Both the position numbers and the translations under genes were made by a program. Below the pieces are notes generated by a model that was not told the origin of the DNA, made no database searches, and worked only from the letters and a program-made list of their open reading frames with translations. From IMG/VR virus record IMGVR_UViG_3300018080_000100: a stretch of 34,656 nucleotides of DNA. The stretch is one strand, 5' to 3'. Of the stretch, positions 8,521 to 17,177 are shown one piece after another (the first letter of the stretch is position 1; each line of letters starts with the position of its first letter). Origin of the DNA: a virus.

Positions 8521-8608
8521 GTTAATGCCTCCATGTTACGAAAGGTTACAAGTTACAAGTTATCGGTTGAAAGTTATGCCTGAATTATGGCACACTGGAG
8601 GTCGCGAT
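8521..8608 (-). promoter_or_regulatory. AT-richer intergenic region with tandem GTTACAA GTTACAA GTTATCGG and GTTGAAAGTTATG repeats; putative promoter/operator for gene 7111..8520
   Basis: It is one of the few non-coding gaps in the minus-strand block. Read on the minus strand it contains TTTCAA and CATAAT hexamers and the direct heptamer repeat (minus-strand sense TTGTAAC TTGTAAC). It ends with a GGAGG SD. Confidence 0.35.
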
Positions 8609-11600
8609 TCAAGCCCCTACCTTCTCGGTTTTTGGTGGCTTCCCGTACTTCCGATCGATGCCGATGGCATCGCATTCTTCCCACGATAACGTCACACCCC
8701 AGCGGGTGGCGACATCCTGATCGATGCCGAATCTGTAGACCGGGGAGTCGCTGAAAGGGACTCCGTCCAGGTCGCACGCGCGGAACGATACTGCGTCGAC
8801 CATGCACTCTGGCATGATTTCGTTGTATACCGTGTCCAAGCTGCGTATTGGAACCTCCAGGATGACAGCGTCATGGATCTGGAGTACGATCTTGTAACCA
8901 AGTTCCGCTTTACGCGGATGGTTGTATAGATAGAACAGCGCGGTACTGACCGCGTCGGCTACCATACTCTGGAACGGGAAGTTCAGGAACTGGCGCTCCA
9001 GCTCTCCCATCGCTCCACGATCGCTGGTGGTGATACACCGGCGATAACGTCCGAAACAGTTACGAATCCAACCAGGCTTCGCCACCCGGGCCCTCAACTG
9101 TTCTTGCAGTATTGGGATTCCCGGGTAGGTGGCGAAGATCGTATTGATAATCTGCTGAGCTTCAGCCTCGACGATGGGTGCGCCTTCTTCTTGGCACTGG
9201 CGCGCACAGGCTTCTGCTGTGCGGCCGTATCCCACGCCGAAGATGATGTTCTTAGCAGCCACACGCTTGCCCTTCTGTCCAATGCCTGCAAGGCCCGCTT
9301 TCGTGGGTTCACAGTCTAGTCGGAACGATTGAACAGCAATATTCGAGTGGATATCGTACTGGTTGGGGTCGTCATCCTCCAAATTGGCCCTCAGGCAGTG
9401 ATCAAGCATGGTTTTGTCGCGAGACATTACTGCCATACCCAACAACTCGGCGCCTTTATAATCCGCCTCTAGCAGAACGGTGGTTTCGCCGTAGTTGGGG
9501 TCAGTATTGCTCACGATAAACGAACGGATAGGCCATGTGTAACGCTCGCCCAGAATCTTGCGGTAGTCGTCTTCTCTTCGCTTGCTGATGTTCTGGAGTG
9601 GCGGCCTAGCCGATGATGCACGACCTGTTTCCTTCACTTGCTGGAAGGAACTACGCACACGCGAGTCATGGCAGGCATACTTTGCGATGCCTCCCCCGTA
9701 GATCCTCCGGCCAAGTTCGTCCAGTTGCAATTGGTTCTTAACCATTTTTGGCGGACGAAAGACCGATTTAAGGACCTGGTCGATCAAGCGCACATTCCGT
9801 AGTTGGCGTGCAAAAGCATGCTGTGCTCCGAGGATTCCACAGACTTCTTTATCGGTAGATGGTGCCCATTGGTCCTGCTCTCCGCGAGACTCCACCCATG
9901 CCCACGGCTTACCCTTGCCCGTCGTCTTGATGGGCTTGAGGTTCAGCGTGAGCGCGCCTTTCGGACGTACGCTGACGCGCTCGCCCGTTGTCTTGTCGCG
10001 CTTGGTGGAATACTTCTCGCCGAACAGGAACTCGACGCACTGTTGGCTGCTGCGCGGGTTGAAGCCCGGCCAGTTGATGTCCTGGCGCAGCTTCTCCAAG
10101 TGCTCGACGCTGATCGACTGGAAGAGGTCCGTTAGCGCATCCACGCGCTCCAGATCTATCTTCACCCCTTCCATACCCATCTCGCAGAAAGCCGGGAAGG
10201 CCATCATGGAGATGTGGAACGGGACCCAGCAGTCATTGCCGAAGCGGTCGCCATCGAGCAGCTTGCAGTGCACGTCCATGAGCTGACGCGTGTAGGCAGC
10301 GTCCTTGCCGCCATACGGGATGAGGATCTCGTCGGGACACTCGCCGTATCCTTCCAGCTCCTCATCCTTCATCTTGTGTTCGTGTAGGTAGTTACGCTTC
10401 CACTCCTGTAGCTTGACGTCCCAGCGATCTGCACCGCAGAGCCGTGTTGCCATGACCTCCAGCTTGAAATCACCGGTCTCGTTGTACGCGTGGTGCGCCA
10501 ACGCCACGTCGAAGCCGCCGGCGTAGTCACCGCCACGGATGTCCTCGACGTTCTCGGGCACACGGAATCGGTGCGCGATCTTCAAACCGTTGTATTCCAA
10601 CCACGGAAGGTCGGCGGAGAAGAAGCTTCCGCCGATCTGCACATCGTCACGATCGAGCAGCCTGTTAAGCTGGTTGATCGCTGACTGGATGCCGGGACGG
10701 AACGCGTGCGCGCCGCCCTGGTTGCGCAGAACGATGACGGCGGCGTATTCGCCGTGGTGGCTGATCTGGATGGTACGCAGGTACGAGCCGGGCTCGCCTG
10801 GGTGCTGTCCGTGCCACTCGCCGTCGACTCCGATCTTCTTGATCCCAGGCTGTGCCAGAATGTAGTCGACCAGCTCAGCCAGGTCACGCTCTTTGTAGAA
10901 CGTCTGGATCGTAATCGTTTCGTCGGAACTTGCCGTGAACTCTTCGCCGCGAATCAACTTCGTGAAGTTGCGGCATGTCGCCTCAAACTGCGGATACAGC
11001 TCAGTCGTCCTGAGCACTGCCGCCGGATGGACTACCGCCATTACCTTAGGCTTATGGATTATGGGCGCCTGGCCCGCCTCGTCCTGCAGCGGCACATCGA
11101 TCTCGATGTAGCGGCCGATCATGTTACTGACGGTATGGCCTGGGCCACATACGGCCTTGGTAGCTTCTGCTCCAAGGCACAGGATGTAGTCCGGCCGTAC
11201 CAGACGCAGCTCCTGATGCAGCAGCGGCAGGCAGTCTTTGATCCATGCCTGCGGCAGCGCCGAGCTGTTAGAACTGAACTGCTGCCAGCGCACGAGATTG
11301 GTGACATACCAGTCGTCCATCTCAGTGGTAGACAAGCCATGCCGCTCGAACGTCTCGCGCAGCTGGCATCCTGAGGGCCCAACGAAGTTGCGCCCTGCTG
11401 TTGTCTCCTCCATACCAGGCATCTTGCCAACGATCATCACGCGCGGCACATTGTGCTTCTGCACGTATTCGTCGTCGAGATACTTGGGACCATCAGCGGG
11501 ACCGCCCCACAGGTGGCCAGGCACGATGCGTACAGTCTCCTGCCGGCCCTTCAAATTGACGGGCAGGTCGAAGTCGTTGCTGTACAGGCACCGCAGGTAA

Positions 11601-11830
11601 AGGCACTGCAACATGAACCCGACGGATACGACACGTTTGTCCTTGCCGGTGCCCTCTGTCTGCACCGGATTGTCGTCACCGAGGGCACGTGCGTGCTCCA
11701 CGAAGTTCACGCCCGCAGGCGGCATACCCGGTGCTATCAACGGATACATCGCATAGCGCTGCGCGAACGAGTTGTTTGGGTCGCCCCGGAAGATCGCTTC
11801 CAGGTCGTCCACAGAAAGTTCAGGAATCAT
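8609..11830 (-). CDS. DNA polymerase, family A (Pol I-like) with N-terminal family-4 UDG-like domain and 3'-5' exonuclease domain (1073 aa)
   Basis: UDG family 4 motifs are present: GKMPGMEETTAGRNFVGPSGCQL and VVHPAAVL. An exonuclease motif IGVDGEW follows. Pol A motif B (KRVAAKNIIFGVGYG) and motif C (LQIHDAVILEV) are present. The ATG at 11830 overlaps the primase stop as ATGA. Confidence 0.9.
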   Translation of the reverse strand: MIPELSVDDLEAIFRGDPNNSFAQRYAMYPLIAPGMPPAGVNFVEHARALGDDNPVQTEGTGKDKRVVSVGFMLQCLYLRCLYSNDFDLPVNLKGRQETVRIVPGHLWGGPADGPKYLDDEYVQKHNVPRVMIVGKMPGMEETTAGRNFVGPSGCQLRETFERHGLSTTEMDDWYVTNLVRWQQFSSNSSALPQAWIKDCLPLLHQELRLVRPDYILCLGAEATKAVCGPGHTVSNMIGRYIEIDVPLQDEAGQAPIIHKPKVMAVVHPAAVLRTTELYPQFEATCRNFTKLIRGEEFTASSDETITIQTFYKERDLAELVDYILAQPGIKKIGVDGEWHGQHPGEPGSYLRTIQISHHGEYAAVIVLRNQGGAHAFRPGIQSAINQLNRLLDRDDVQIGGSFFSADLPWLEYNGLKIAHRFRVPENVEDIRGGDYAGGFDVALAHHAYNETGDFKLEVMATRLCGADRWDVKLQEWKRNYLHEHKMKDEELEGYGECPDEILIPYGGKDAAYTRQLMDVHCKLLDGDRFGNDCWVPFHISMMAFPAFCEMGMEGVKIDLERVDALTDLFQSISVEHLEKLRQDINWPGFNPRSSQQCVEFLFGEKYSTKRDKTTGERVSVRPKGALTLNLKPIKTTGKGKPWAWVESRGEQDQWAPSTDKEVCGILGAQHAFARQLRNVRLIDQVLKSVFRPPKMVKNQLQLDELGRRIYGGGIAKYACHDSRVRSSFQQVKETGRASSARPPLQNISKRREDDYRKILGERYTWPIRSFIVSNTDPNYGETTVLLEADYKGAELLGMAVMSRDKTMLDHCLRANLEDDDPNQYDIHSNIAVQSFRLDCEPTKAGLAGIGQKGKRVAAKNIIFGVGYGRTAEACARQCQEEGAPIVEAEAQQIINTIFATYPGIPILQEQLRARVAKPGWIRNCFGRYRRCITTSDRGAMGELERQFLNFPFQSMVADAVSTALFYLYNHPRKAELGYKIVLQIHDAVILEVPIRSLDTVYNEIMPECMVDAVSFRACDLDGVPFSDSPVYRFGIDQDVATRWGVTLSWEECDAIGIDRKYGKPPKTEKVGA

Positions 11831-12981
11831 AGATTGAGAAGGTCGACACCTGCTTGGGTGGCGCTCCAGTGAACAAGGTCCCAGAAATACTCCGAATCGA
11901 TTGACGCGGGATCCAATCCGTCAGGCAATCGCACGTTGACTACGCGTCCCTGCATATTGCAGTCGCGCTCCAACATGTCTTGTACTTTGACGGCCCGGTC
12001 TTGGGCATCGGCGTCAAGCACGATTACTGCAACTTGCCAGTTGCTACCGATCAGCATGCCCTGTGATGGTGCCATCGTCTTGCCGAGGATCGAAAGCGCC
12101 CCGTCGCCGATAGCCCACACGTCGGTTACGCCCTCTGCTACAAAGCAGAATGGTGACACCTTGGCGCGGTCAAACCCGTACAACATCAACCGCTTGTTAG
12201 TACGCGGACAGTTGTAATACTTGGGCTGTCCGGTCAATTTCCAGTCAGTATCGTACGGCGGGCGAGCCTGCCAGCTGACCATTGAGCCGTGCATGTAGAT
12301 CGGGATGATCAACTTGCCGGCCACTATAGGATTGGTCACAGACTCGTGGCAGAACGATACGTCGTACAGTTCGCCCAGCATCTGTGGATCCATGTGCCTG
12401 CTCAACAGGTACTGACACGCTTGATGCGACATTGGCAGCTCGTCGATGCGCTGGCAATAGCCAGGAAACTCTACGACACCTAGCGCCGTAGTCTCAGTAG
12501 TGCCCTGTCGTATCTTGATGCGCTCGCCATGCAGCTCGCGGCCGATGCCGCCGTACAGCATGTTGCGCAACGTCTTCTGATTCGTCGGATCCTCGAGACA
12601 GTTCTCGTTGTAGCACACTGCCATGCGCCAGAACCGGTCTGACGGATCGTGGCACGGCATGTCGGGGTCTAGGCCTACGCCCCAGCGATGGTTGATCCAC
12701 AGGCGATGGCGCGTGTCGACCGCATTGCGTTGAATGCAGAACGGGCAGCAGACACGGTAATACTCACCAGAGCTCAACGGCTTATAGCGGTTGTAGCCGT
12801 GCTCAAATACACAGCCGCCGCCGAACATAGCCTCGCCCTGCTTCGCGATGATCACGCTATCAAACCTACGCTGTAGGCGTTCATATAGCAGCGGATTGAG
12901 CACGGAGCCGGGACTGCCCGTCTCGTCGTACTGCTCCGCTACAACTTTATGCCGCCCTAGTGGGGCTCCTGTATCTGGCAT
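11827..12981 (-). CDS. DNA primase (zinc-ribbon plus TOPRIM domain, DnaG/T7-like)
   Basis: A Cys4 zinc ribbon (CCPFC...) sits in the N-terminal third. TOPRIM motifs are VAEGVTDVWAIGDG and VIVLDADAQD. Start and stop overlap the neighbouring genes (TGATG with the helicase, ATGA with the polymerase). Confidence 0.8.
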   Translation of the reverse strand: MPDTGAPLGRHKVVAEQYDETGSPGSVLNPLLYERLQRRFDSVIIAKQGEAMFGGGCVFEHGYNRYKPLSSGEYYRVCCPFCIQRNAVDTRHRLWINHRWGVGLDPDMPCHDPSDRFWRMAVCYNENCLEDPTNQKTLRNMLYGGIGRELHGERIKIRQGTTETTALGVVEFPGYCQRIDELPMSHQACQYLLSRHMDPQMLGELYDVSFCHESVTNPIVAGKLIIPIYMHGSMVSWQARPPYDTDWKLTGQPKYYNCPRTNKRLMLYGFDRAKVSPFCFVAEGVTDVWAIGDGALSILGKTMAPSQGMLIGSNWQVAVIVLDADAQDRAVKVQDMLERDCNMQGRVVNVRLPDGLDPASIDSEYFWDLVHWSATQAGVDLLNL

Positions 12982-14609
12982 CAGTCCACGTTTACGGTCT
13001 GGTGTTGTCTCGAGATATTCGAATGCACGCGCGCTAGGTCCGATCGCGGAGTCAGGCGGCGTGTTACTTCATCGACTTCAAAGTGTTTGGCGACGTCGAC
13101 CATGCGACATACCGCGCCGTCGATCTTGAGTATCGTAGGTGGGGGCGTCTCGCCGTGTCGTGTCTTGGTCGCGCCGAACTGACACACGTTATGCTCCTGG
13201 TCCTTGTTTCCGATCACGAACGCGTACCAGGCGTGGTCTGCAAATGCGGCACACCACTGTGTCTCCGAATGGTGTGGCATCTTGGCCGGTGGTCGGTTGG
13301 TCAGACTACTCTTTAGCTGGTGTGGTATCCAGACGCAGCAGTTGAGCGGCCCAGCAATCTCACGCTTCGCGCGGTTGACTAGGTTCTGCAGCTCCAACGT
13401 CATCTGGCCGCCGTCCATCTGGCCCTTCGTGGCCATCAGGTAGTTGGCGACGAGATCACCAGCCCAGTCGAGCACGACCATCTTGATTGGCATACCGCGG
13501 TCTTCCTGGATAGCGATCAGCTTCTGCTTGACCTCGGTGACATGGCCACGACCACCAACCTTCGGGTCGTTGAAGTCCACGAGCACCAGATGCTTGTCCA
13601 TCCACGGCCGGTTCTGCTCGATGCGCTCCAGCTCGCCTAGCTGCTCCTCGGGGTTACCCTGGCGCTGGTACATCCGCTGCTCGTACTCCTCCAGCCGGCC
13701 AACACGGCTCAGCTCAGTGTCGGAGGTCATGTCGCGCAGGCGGTCTTTGAGTATCCTGGCGCTGTACGAGACCGAGCGGACCTGCAGCATGCGGCGGCCG
13801 TCCTCGTAGCTTACGAAGACAACCAGGCCTGGATCACCGTCAGTACCACGGCGCGCCAGCTGACCCTGTAGCCGTGCGGTAGAGCACGCTAACTGCATAG
13901 ACAACGTGGTCTTGCCGCCACCGGTAGGTCCGATGATGACGTTGCAGTCACCAGGCTCGCTGCCGCCGCCCATGATATTGTCAACGAAGTCGACGCCAGT
14001 GGGCCACTTAGGGCGTGCCGTCTGTGCCCACGACGTAGGCACAGTAATACGCTCGTCCTCGGCCTTACCGATCGACTCGATGTCTTGGATACGCGCCTGC
14101 GCCTTCTCGACCAGCTTGGGGAGGTTGATGACGCGATGGCCGACAGCATTAGTGACTGCCCGCCGAAGCTCTTCCTCTGGTCCCCGATCGATCAGGATGG
14201 CGCGCAAGACCTTCTTGGCCTCGTGCGGCTCCTCGCAGCCAGGCGGGTTGGTCGTACGGTTGTACGCGAACGACAATAGATCCTGCGCGTTCTCCAGCAG
14301 CTGCGCGCCCGTCGTCGGGTCGGCGAGTGCCAGCGGATCGGTCTCGATCTTGCTGGCTACACGTGCGCTGATCGCTTCGAGCTTAGGCATCACGCCGTGC
14401 TCGTCGTAGAAAGCCTTCATCTCCGCCCAGATGTGCCGATAGGCAGTTTCACTGGGCTTAGACAACATGTCTGGATCCAGCTCTGCATAACACAGATTGA
14501 ATATCACCGGATCCCAGATGACATGCATCAGCAAAAGCTCTATGAAGCCAGGTCGGACCTCTAGCGGCTTATCCGCAACGGCCGTACCCATTTGTGCTGT
14601 CATTTCCAT
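12981..14609 (-). CDS. replicative DNA helicase, DnaB / T7 gp4-like (RecA-fold C-terminal domain)
   Basis: Walker A is IIGPTGGGKTTLSMQLA and Walker B-like is MVVLDWAGD. The track start (14630) is a TTG. The preferred start is the ATG at 14609 (MEMTAQ), which has an AAGGAA SD 6-7 nt upstream. Confidence 0.8.
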   Translation of the reverse strand: MEMTAQMGTAVADKPLEVRPGFIELLLMHVIWDPVIFNLCYAELDPDMLSKPSETAYRHIWAEMKAFYDEHGVMPKLEAISARVASKIETDPLALADPTTGAQLLENAQDLLSFAYNRTTNPPGCEEPHEAKKVLRAILIDRGPEEELRRAVTNAVGHRVINLPKLVEKAQARIQDIESIGKAEDERITVPTSWAQTARPKWPTGVDFVDNIMGGGSEPGDCNVIIGPTGGGKTTLSMQLACSTARLQGQLARRGTDGDPGLVVFVSYEDGRRMLQVRSVSYSARILKDRLRDMTSDTELSRVGRLEEYEQRMYQRQGNPEEQLGELERIEQNRPWMDKHLVLVDFNDPKVGGRGHVTEVKQKLIAIQEDRGMPIKMVVLDWAGDLVANYLMATKGQMDGGQMTLELQNLVNRAKREIAGPLNCCVWIPHQLKSSLTNRPPAKMPHHSETQWCAAFADHAWYAFVIGNKDQEHNVCQFGATKTRHGETPPPTILKIDGAVCRMVDVAKHFEVDEVTRRLTPRSDLARVHSNISRQHQTVNVD

Positions 14610-14619
14610 TGATCGTTCC

Positions 14620-15321
14620 TTAGGGGGCAAACATTAGGATGCCTGTAGCCTCGTCTTTCAGTACCTTCGGTATCATGGCACCCCACGTCCGGCTGTAGCC
14701 TATCGGGTCCATCAAGAACTGCGTCAAAGCAGCAGCCCTATGCGCACGCTCTGCCTCGTGCAACTGCTCCGAATGTGCAATGCAGTATCGGTACAGCGCG
14801 GGCAGCTCGTACATTTTGTTCATGAGAACAAAATTCCAAAGCTGCTGGTCCGTGTAGTCAGGGAAGGCGTTAGCTGCCTCGCCCACACAGCATTCGAACT
14901 CCAGCTGGTATGACTGCAGTGCTTGCAGCATGCTGTTGTCGGCACGCTTGTTGTAATCCAGGTAGCGCTTCAACGCCTTCGGACCCTTGAACGTCGTCGG
15001 GTTTGGTGCTACCGAAAGCGTCTCGTCCGCCGGCACGCTGTATCTGTACTGGACGTGGATGAACCGCTCGAAATTGCTGATGTCTGCCCGTATCAGCGTC
15101 CGTGCGAGGTCCATCCAGACAGGCGTAACATGCCGCGGGCGCGACATTGCCACTGACTGGCCGTCGACTTGCATCTCGCGCACTTGGCGCTCGCGCATAT
15201 TGGCCAAAGCCAGCCGATGCGCAGCAATGTACGTCGGGTCTTGTACTGTCGGCAGCTCTTCGGCCTCCTCAGGTGGAGGAGCCTGCATCTGCGCAGCACG
15301 TGGTGGATTAGAATCCGGCAC
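14620..15321 (-). CDS. hypothetical protein (about 233 aa)
   Basis: Track ORF. A GTG start at 15321 has a GAGGA SD 6 nt upstream. It overlaps the SF2 helicase stop by 14 nt. Confidence 0.55.
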   Translation of the reverse strand: MPDSNPPRAAQMQAPPPEEAEELPTVQDPTYIAAHRLALANMRERQVREMQVDGQSVAMSRPRHVTPVWMDLARTLIRADISNFERFIHVQYRYSVPADETLSVAPNPTTFKGPKALKRYLDYNKRADNSMLQALQSYQLEFECCVGEAANAFPDYTDQQLWNFVLMNKMYELPALYRYCIAHSEQLHEAERAHRAAALTQFLMDPIGYSRTWGAMIPKVLKDEATGILMFAP

Positions 15322-16849
15322 GTCTCGTCCTCATTCCTGGTTGCCAGACCTCGCCGTTAGCGAGCATCTGTGTCCATCCGCGTTTGTGGTATGCCCGCCG
15401 CCGATTCATGGTGCGGTTCTGGAACTTACTGTCCCAGATGTCGTTCAGATCGATCAGGATGCCAGCTTCCTTACCCGTCTTCGGGTCAACGCGGCATACA
15501 CGTCCCGGGATCTGTACATTGAAGGTATCGCTGTCACCGCCGTCGCCGCGGATCAGCACGTTCAACGAGTCGAAGCTGACGCCCGTGGACCACACGCCGG
15601 TGGCTATCACGCACATCAGTTCGCGGCGCTCGAATTGCTGTCCGAGCATCACACGCCGCTCTGGCGTCATCAGCTCTTCCGGCGTCAGCAATCCCTGGCG
15701 CACATAGCGCGCGTGCTTGACGCTATCCACAGCGCCTTCAGAGTAGCACAGTGACGCCTCGGGCATTAGCTGCCGCAGATTCAGCGCATGGTCGACTGTG
15801 TCCACCAGGATCAACACTTGCTGCTGATCCTGTAAGAACGAGCGCGCCGCCTCGACGATCACCTGGTTGCGCCACTGGTTGCGCCAGATGCCATTGCGCT
15901 TCTGTGCAACCAGCTGCTGCAGGTTCTCGATCGGGTTGATTCCGCCACAGTCGACATCGAGCCACTGGACGTAGACGTGCGACACCAGCCCGCACTCCTC
16001 TGCTTGCTGCTGCGTCATCTGGAAGATACGTGGACCGAAGATGCCCTCCATACGATGGTGGGCGTTGTCCAGACGCATATCCGGCGTGGCAGTGAAGCAG
16101 TAGTTACGCGAGCGCCAGTATTGGCCGAGACGCTCAGCGAGTCTGTCGGTCATCAGCTCGTGAGCCTCATCGGCCAACAAGATGTCGGCGTCGAAGTCCG
16201 AGTGGTGCAGGCTGTCCGCCGTATACACGGTGACGCGCCGATTCTTGTCCTTCTTACCGCCGCCGACCATACCTACGCTGGGAACCCAACGCGTCAGCAG
16301 ATTCTTGATACGCGTGACCACGTCCTTACGCTTCGTGACGATATCGATCTTCGCGTGTGGATACATGCACGCTACCATTGCCATCACATGCGTCTTACCG
16401 AAGGCCGGGGGCGCGTCGATGAGGCCGCAGTCGTGCATGTCGATCTGCGCGAGGCATTGATCCTGCATCGGTCGTAGCTCAAAGCGCTCGAAGATGCGGT
16501 CCCAGTTGGCCGTGTAGACCTTTTCGGGCTTAGGTTCGTCGTTGTCGACGAAGACCACCTGATAGCCCATTCCAACAAGCAGATCCCGTATTCTGGGATA
16601 GAAACCCTTCTGACAGACGAAACGGCCTTTCGTGTCGTACTGGAAGAGCCTACGCTGCTCGTGCGTGATGTTGTGGCGCCCGCCCGAGAATCGGTCATAG
16701 GAGCCAGCACCACCGTACTGAAACTTGTTGTGCGTGTAGAATAGCGGCTTTTCGAGGGTGCCGTAGTCGCCGGCTGGCAGCGGCCGAGTGCCGTCTGCGG
16801 ATACCTCTATGAAGGGGCCACCCTTCTTCACGATAGCCTGTTTACCCAT
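15308..16849 (-). CDS. superfamily 2 DEAH-box helicase (UvsW/RecG-like class of phage helicases)
   Basis: Motif I is APPAFGKTHV, motif II is LLADEAHEL and motif VI is QIPGRVCR. It is the first gene of the minus-strand replication block, with an intergenic region upstream. Confidence 0.8.
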   Translation of the reverse strand: MGKQAIVKKGGPFIEVSADGTRPLPAGDYGTLEKPLFYTHNKFQYGGAGSYDRFSGGRHNITHEQRRLFQYDTKGRFVCQKGFYPRIRDLLVGMGYQVVFVDNDEPKPEKVYTANWDRIFERFELRPMQDQCLAQIDMHDCGLIDAPPAFGKTHVMAMVACMYPHAKIDIVTKRKDVVTRIKNLLTRWVPSVGMVGGGKKDKNRRVTVYTADSLHHSDFDADILLADEAHELMTDRLAERLGQYWRSRNYCFTATPDMRLDNAHHRMEGIFGPRIFQMTQQQAEECGLVSHVYVQWLDVDCGGINPIENLQQLVAQKRNGIWRNQWRNQVIVEAARSFLQDQQQVLILVDTVDHALNLRQLMPEASLCYSEGAVDSVKHARYVRQGLLTPEELMTPERRVMLGQQFERRELMCVIATGVWSTGVSFDSLNVLIRGDGGDSDTFNVQIPGRVCRVDPKTGKEAGILIDLNDIWDSKFQNRTMNRRRAYHKRGWTQMLANGEVWQPGMRTRRAGF

Positions 16850-16869
16850 TTTTACCCGTAGTGCTGGTA

Positions 16870-16898
16870 TTGACAGCGGACGTACGGGGAGATAGGAT
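16870..16898 (+). promoter_or_regulatory. sigma70-like promoter: TTGACA - 17 nt - TAGGAT
   Basis: A perfect -35 hexamer at 16870-16875 and a 4/6 -10 hexamer at 16893-16898 sit on the plus strand inside an otherwise minus-strand block. It reads toward the intrinsic terminator at 16952-16987. Confidence 0.35.
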
Positions 16899-16904
16899 CA
16901 GACA

Positions 16905-16987
16905 ATTGAACCGCCTGACCGACCATATCCCCGTGTGGTCGCGAATCACTTGGAGCCCCGTTCCCGCGGGGCTCCTTTTTTGTTTGT
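16905..16987 (+). ncRNA. candidate small non-coding RNA (~80 nt), promoter-to-terminator unit
   Basis: It is bounded by the promoter above and by a canonical Rho-independent terminator. It contains no ATG. It did not fold as a tRNA cloverleaf when inspected by hand. Confidence 0.3.
16952..16987 (+). terminator. Rho-independent terminator: GGAGCCCCG-ttcccg-CGGGGCTCC followed by TTTTTTTGTTTG
   Basis: A 9 bp perfect GC-rich stem is followed by a 7-T run on the plus strand only. The minus strand has no T-run, so it is unidirectional. Confidence 0.7.
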
Positions 16988-17177
16988 ATGCCGGCGAGCG
17001 CCGGTCTTTCGACAACAAGAGCCGCATGACGCACACGCGTCACACGGCCGCAGCGCTGTCCAGTTTAGGCATCCTAGCTCTCCACAAGATGGCTGTCAAC
17101 GGCGGTCTTGGCGGTATGCACTGGTTCCTACATTTTGTACCGCGCACGGCTGGAATACACCATATATGCGGGTCAAA

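Noticed and set aside
7096-8583. 495-aa plus-strand ORF antisense to gene 7111..8520
   Set aside because: It has an extremely Arg/Leu/Gly-rich composition, typical of the antisense frame of GC-rich coding DNA. No SD is present. The minus-strand gene has a GGAGG SD, operon context and a downstream hairpin.
14610-14630. TTG-initiated longer start of the helicase gene and other track starts at TTG/GTG (24428, 25299, 33711)
   Set aside because: The track counts alternative start codons. Where an ATG with a good SD lies just downstream (14609, 33726) it was preferred. Where none exists (24428) the TTG was kept, with stated uncertainty.
16850-17177. tRNA search in the three larger intergenic regions (16850-17177, 28156-28446, 30054-30273)
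   Set aside because: No cloverleaf could be built by hand. There is no T-loop GTTCGAATC-type sequence and no matching acceptor stems. tRNAscan-SE would be decisive.
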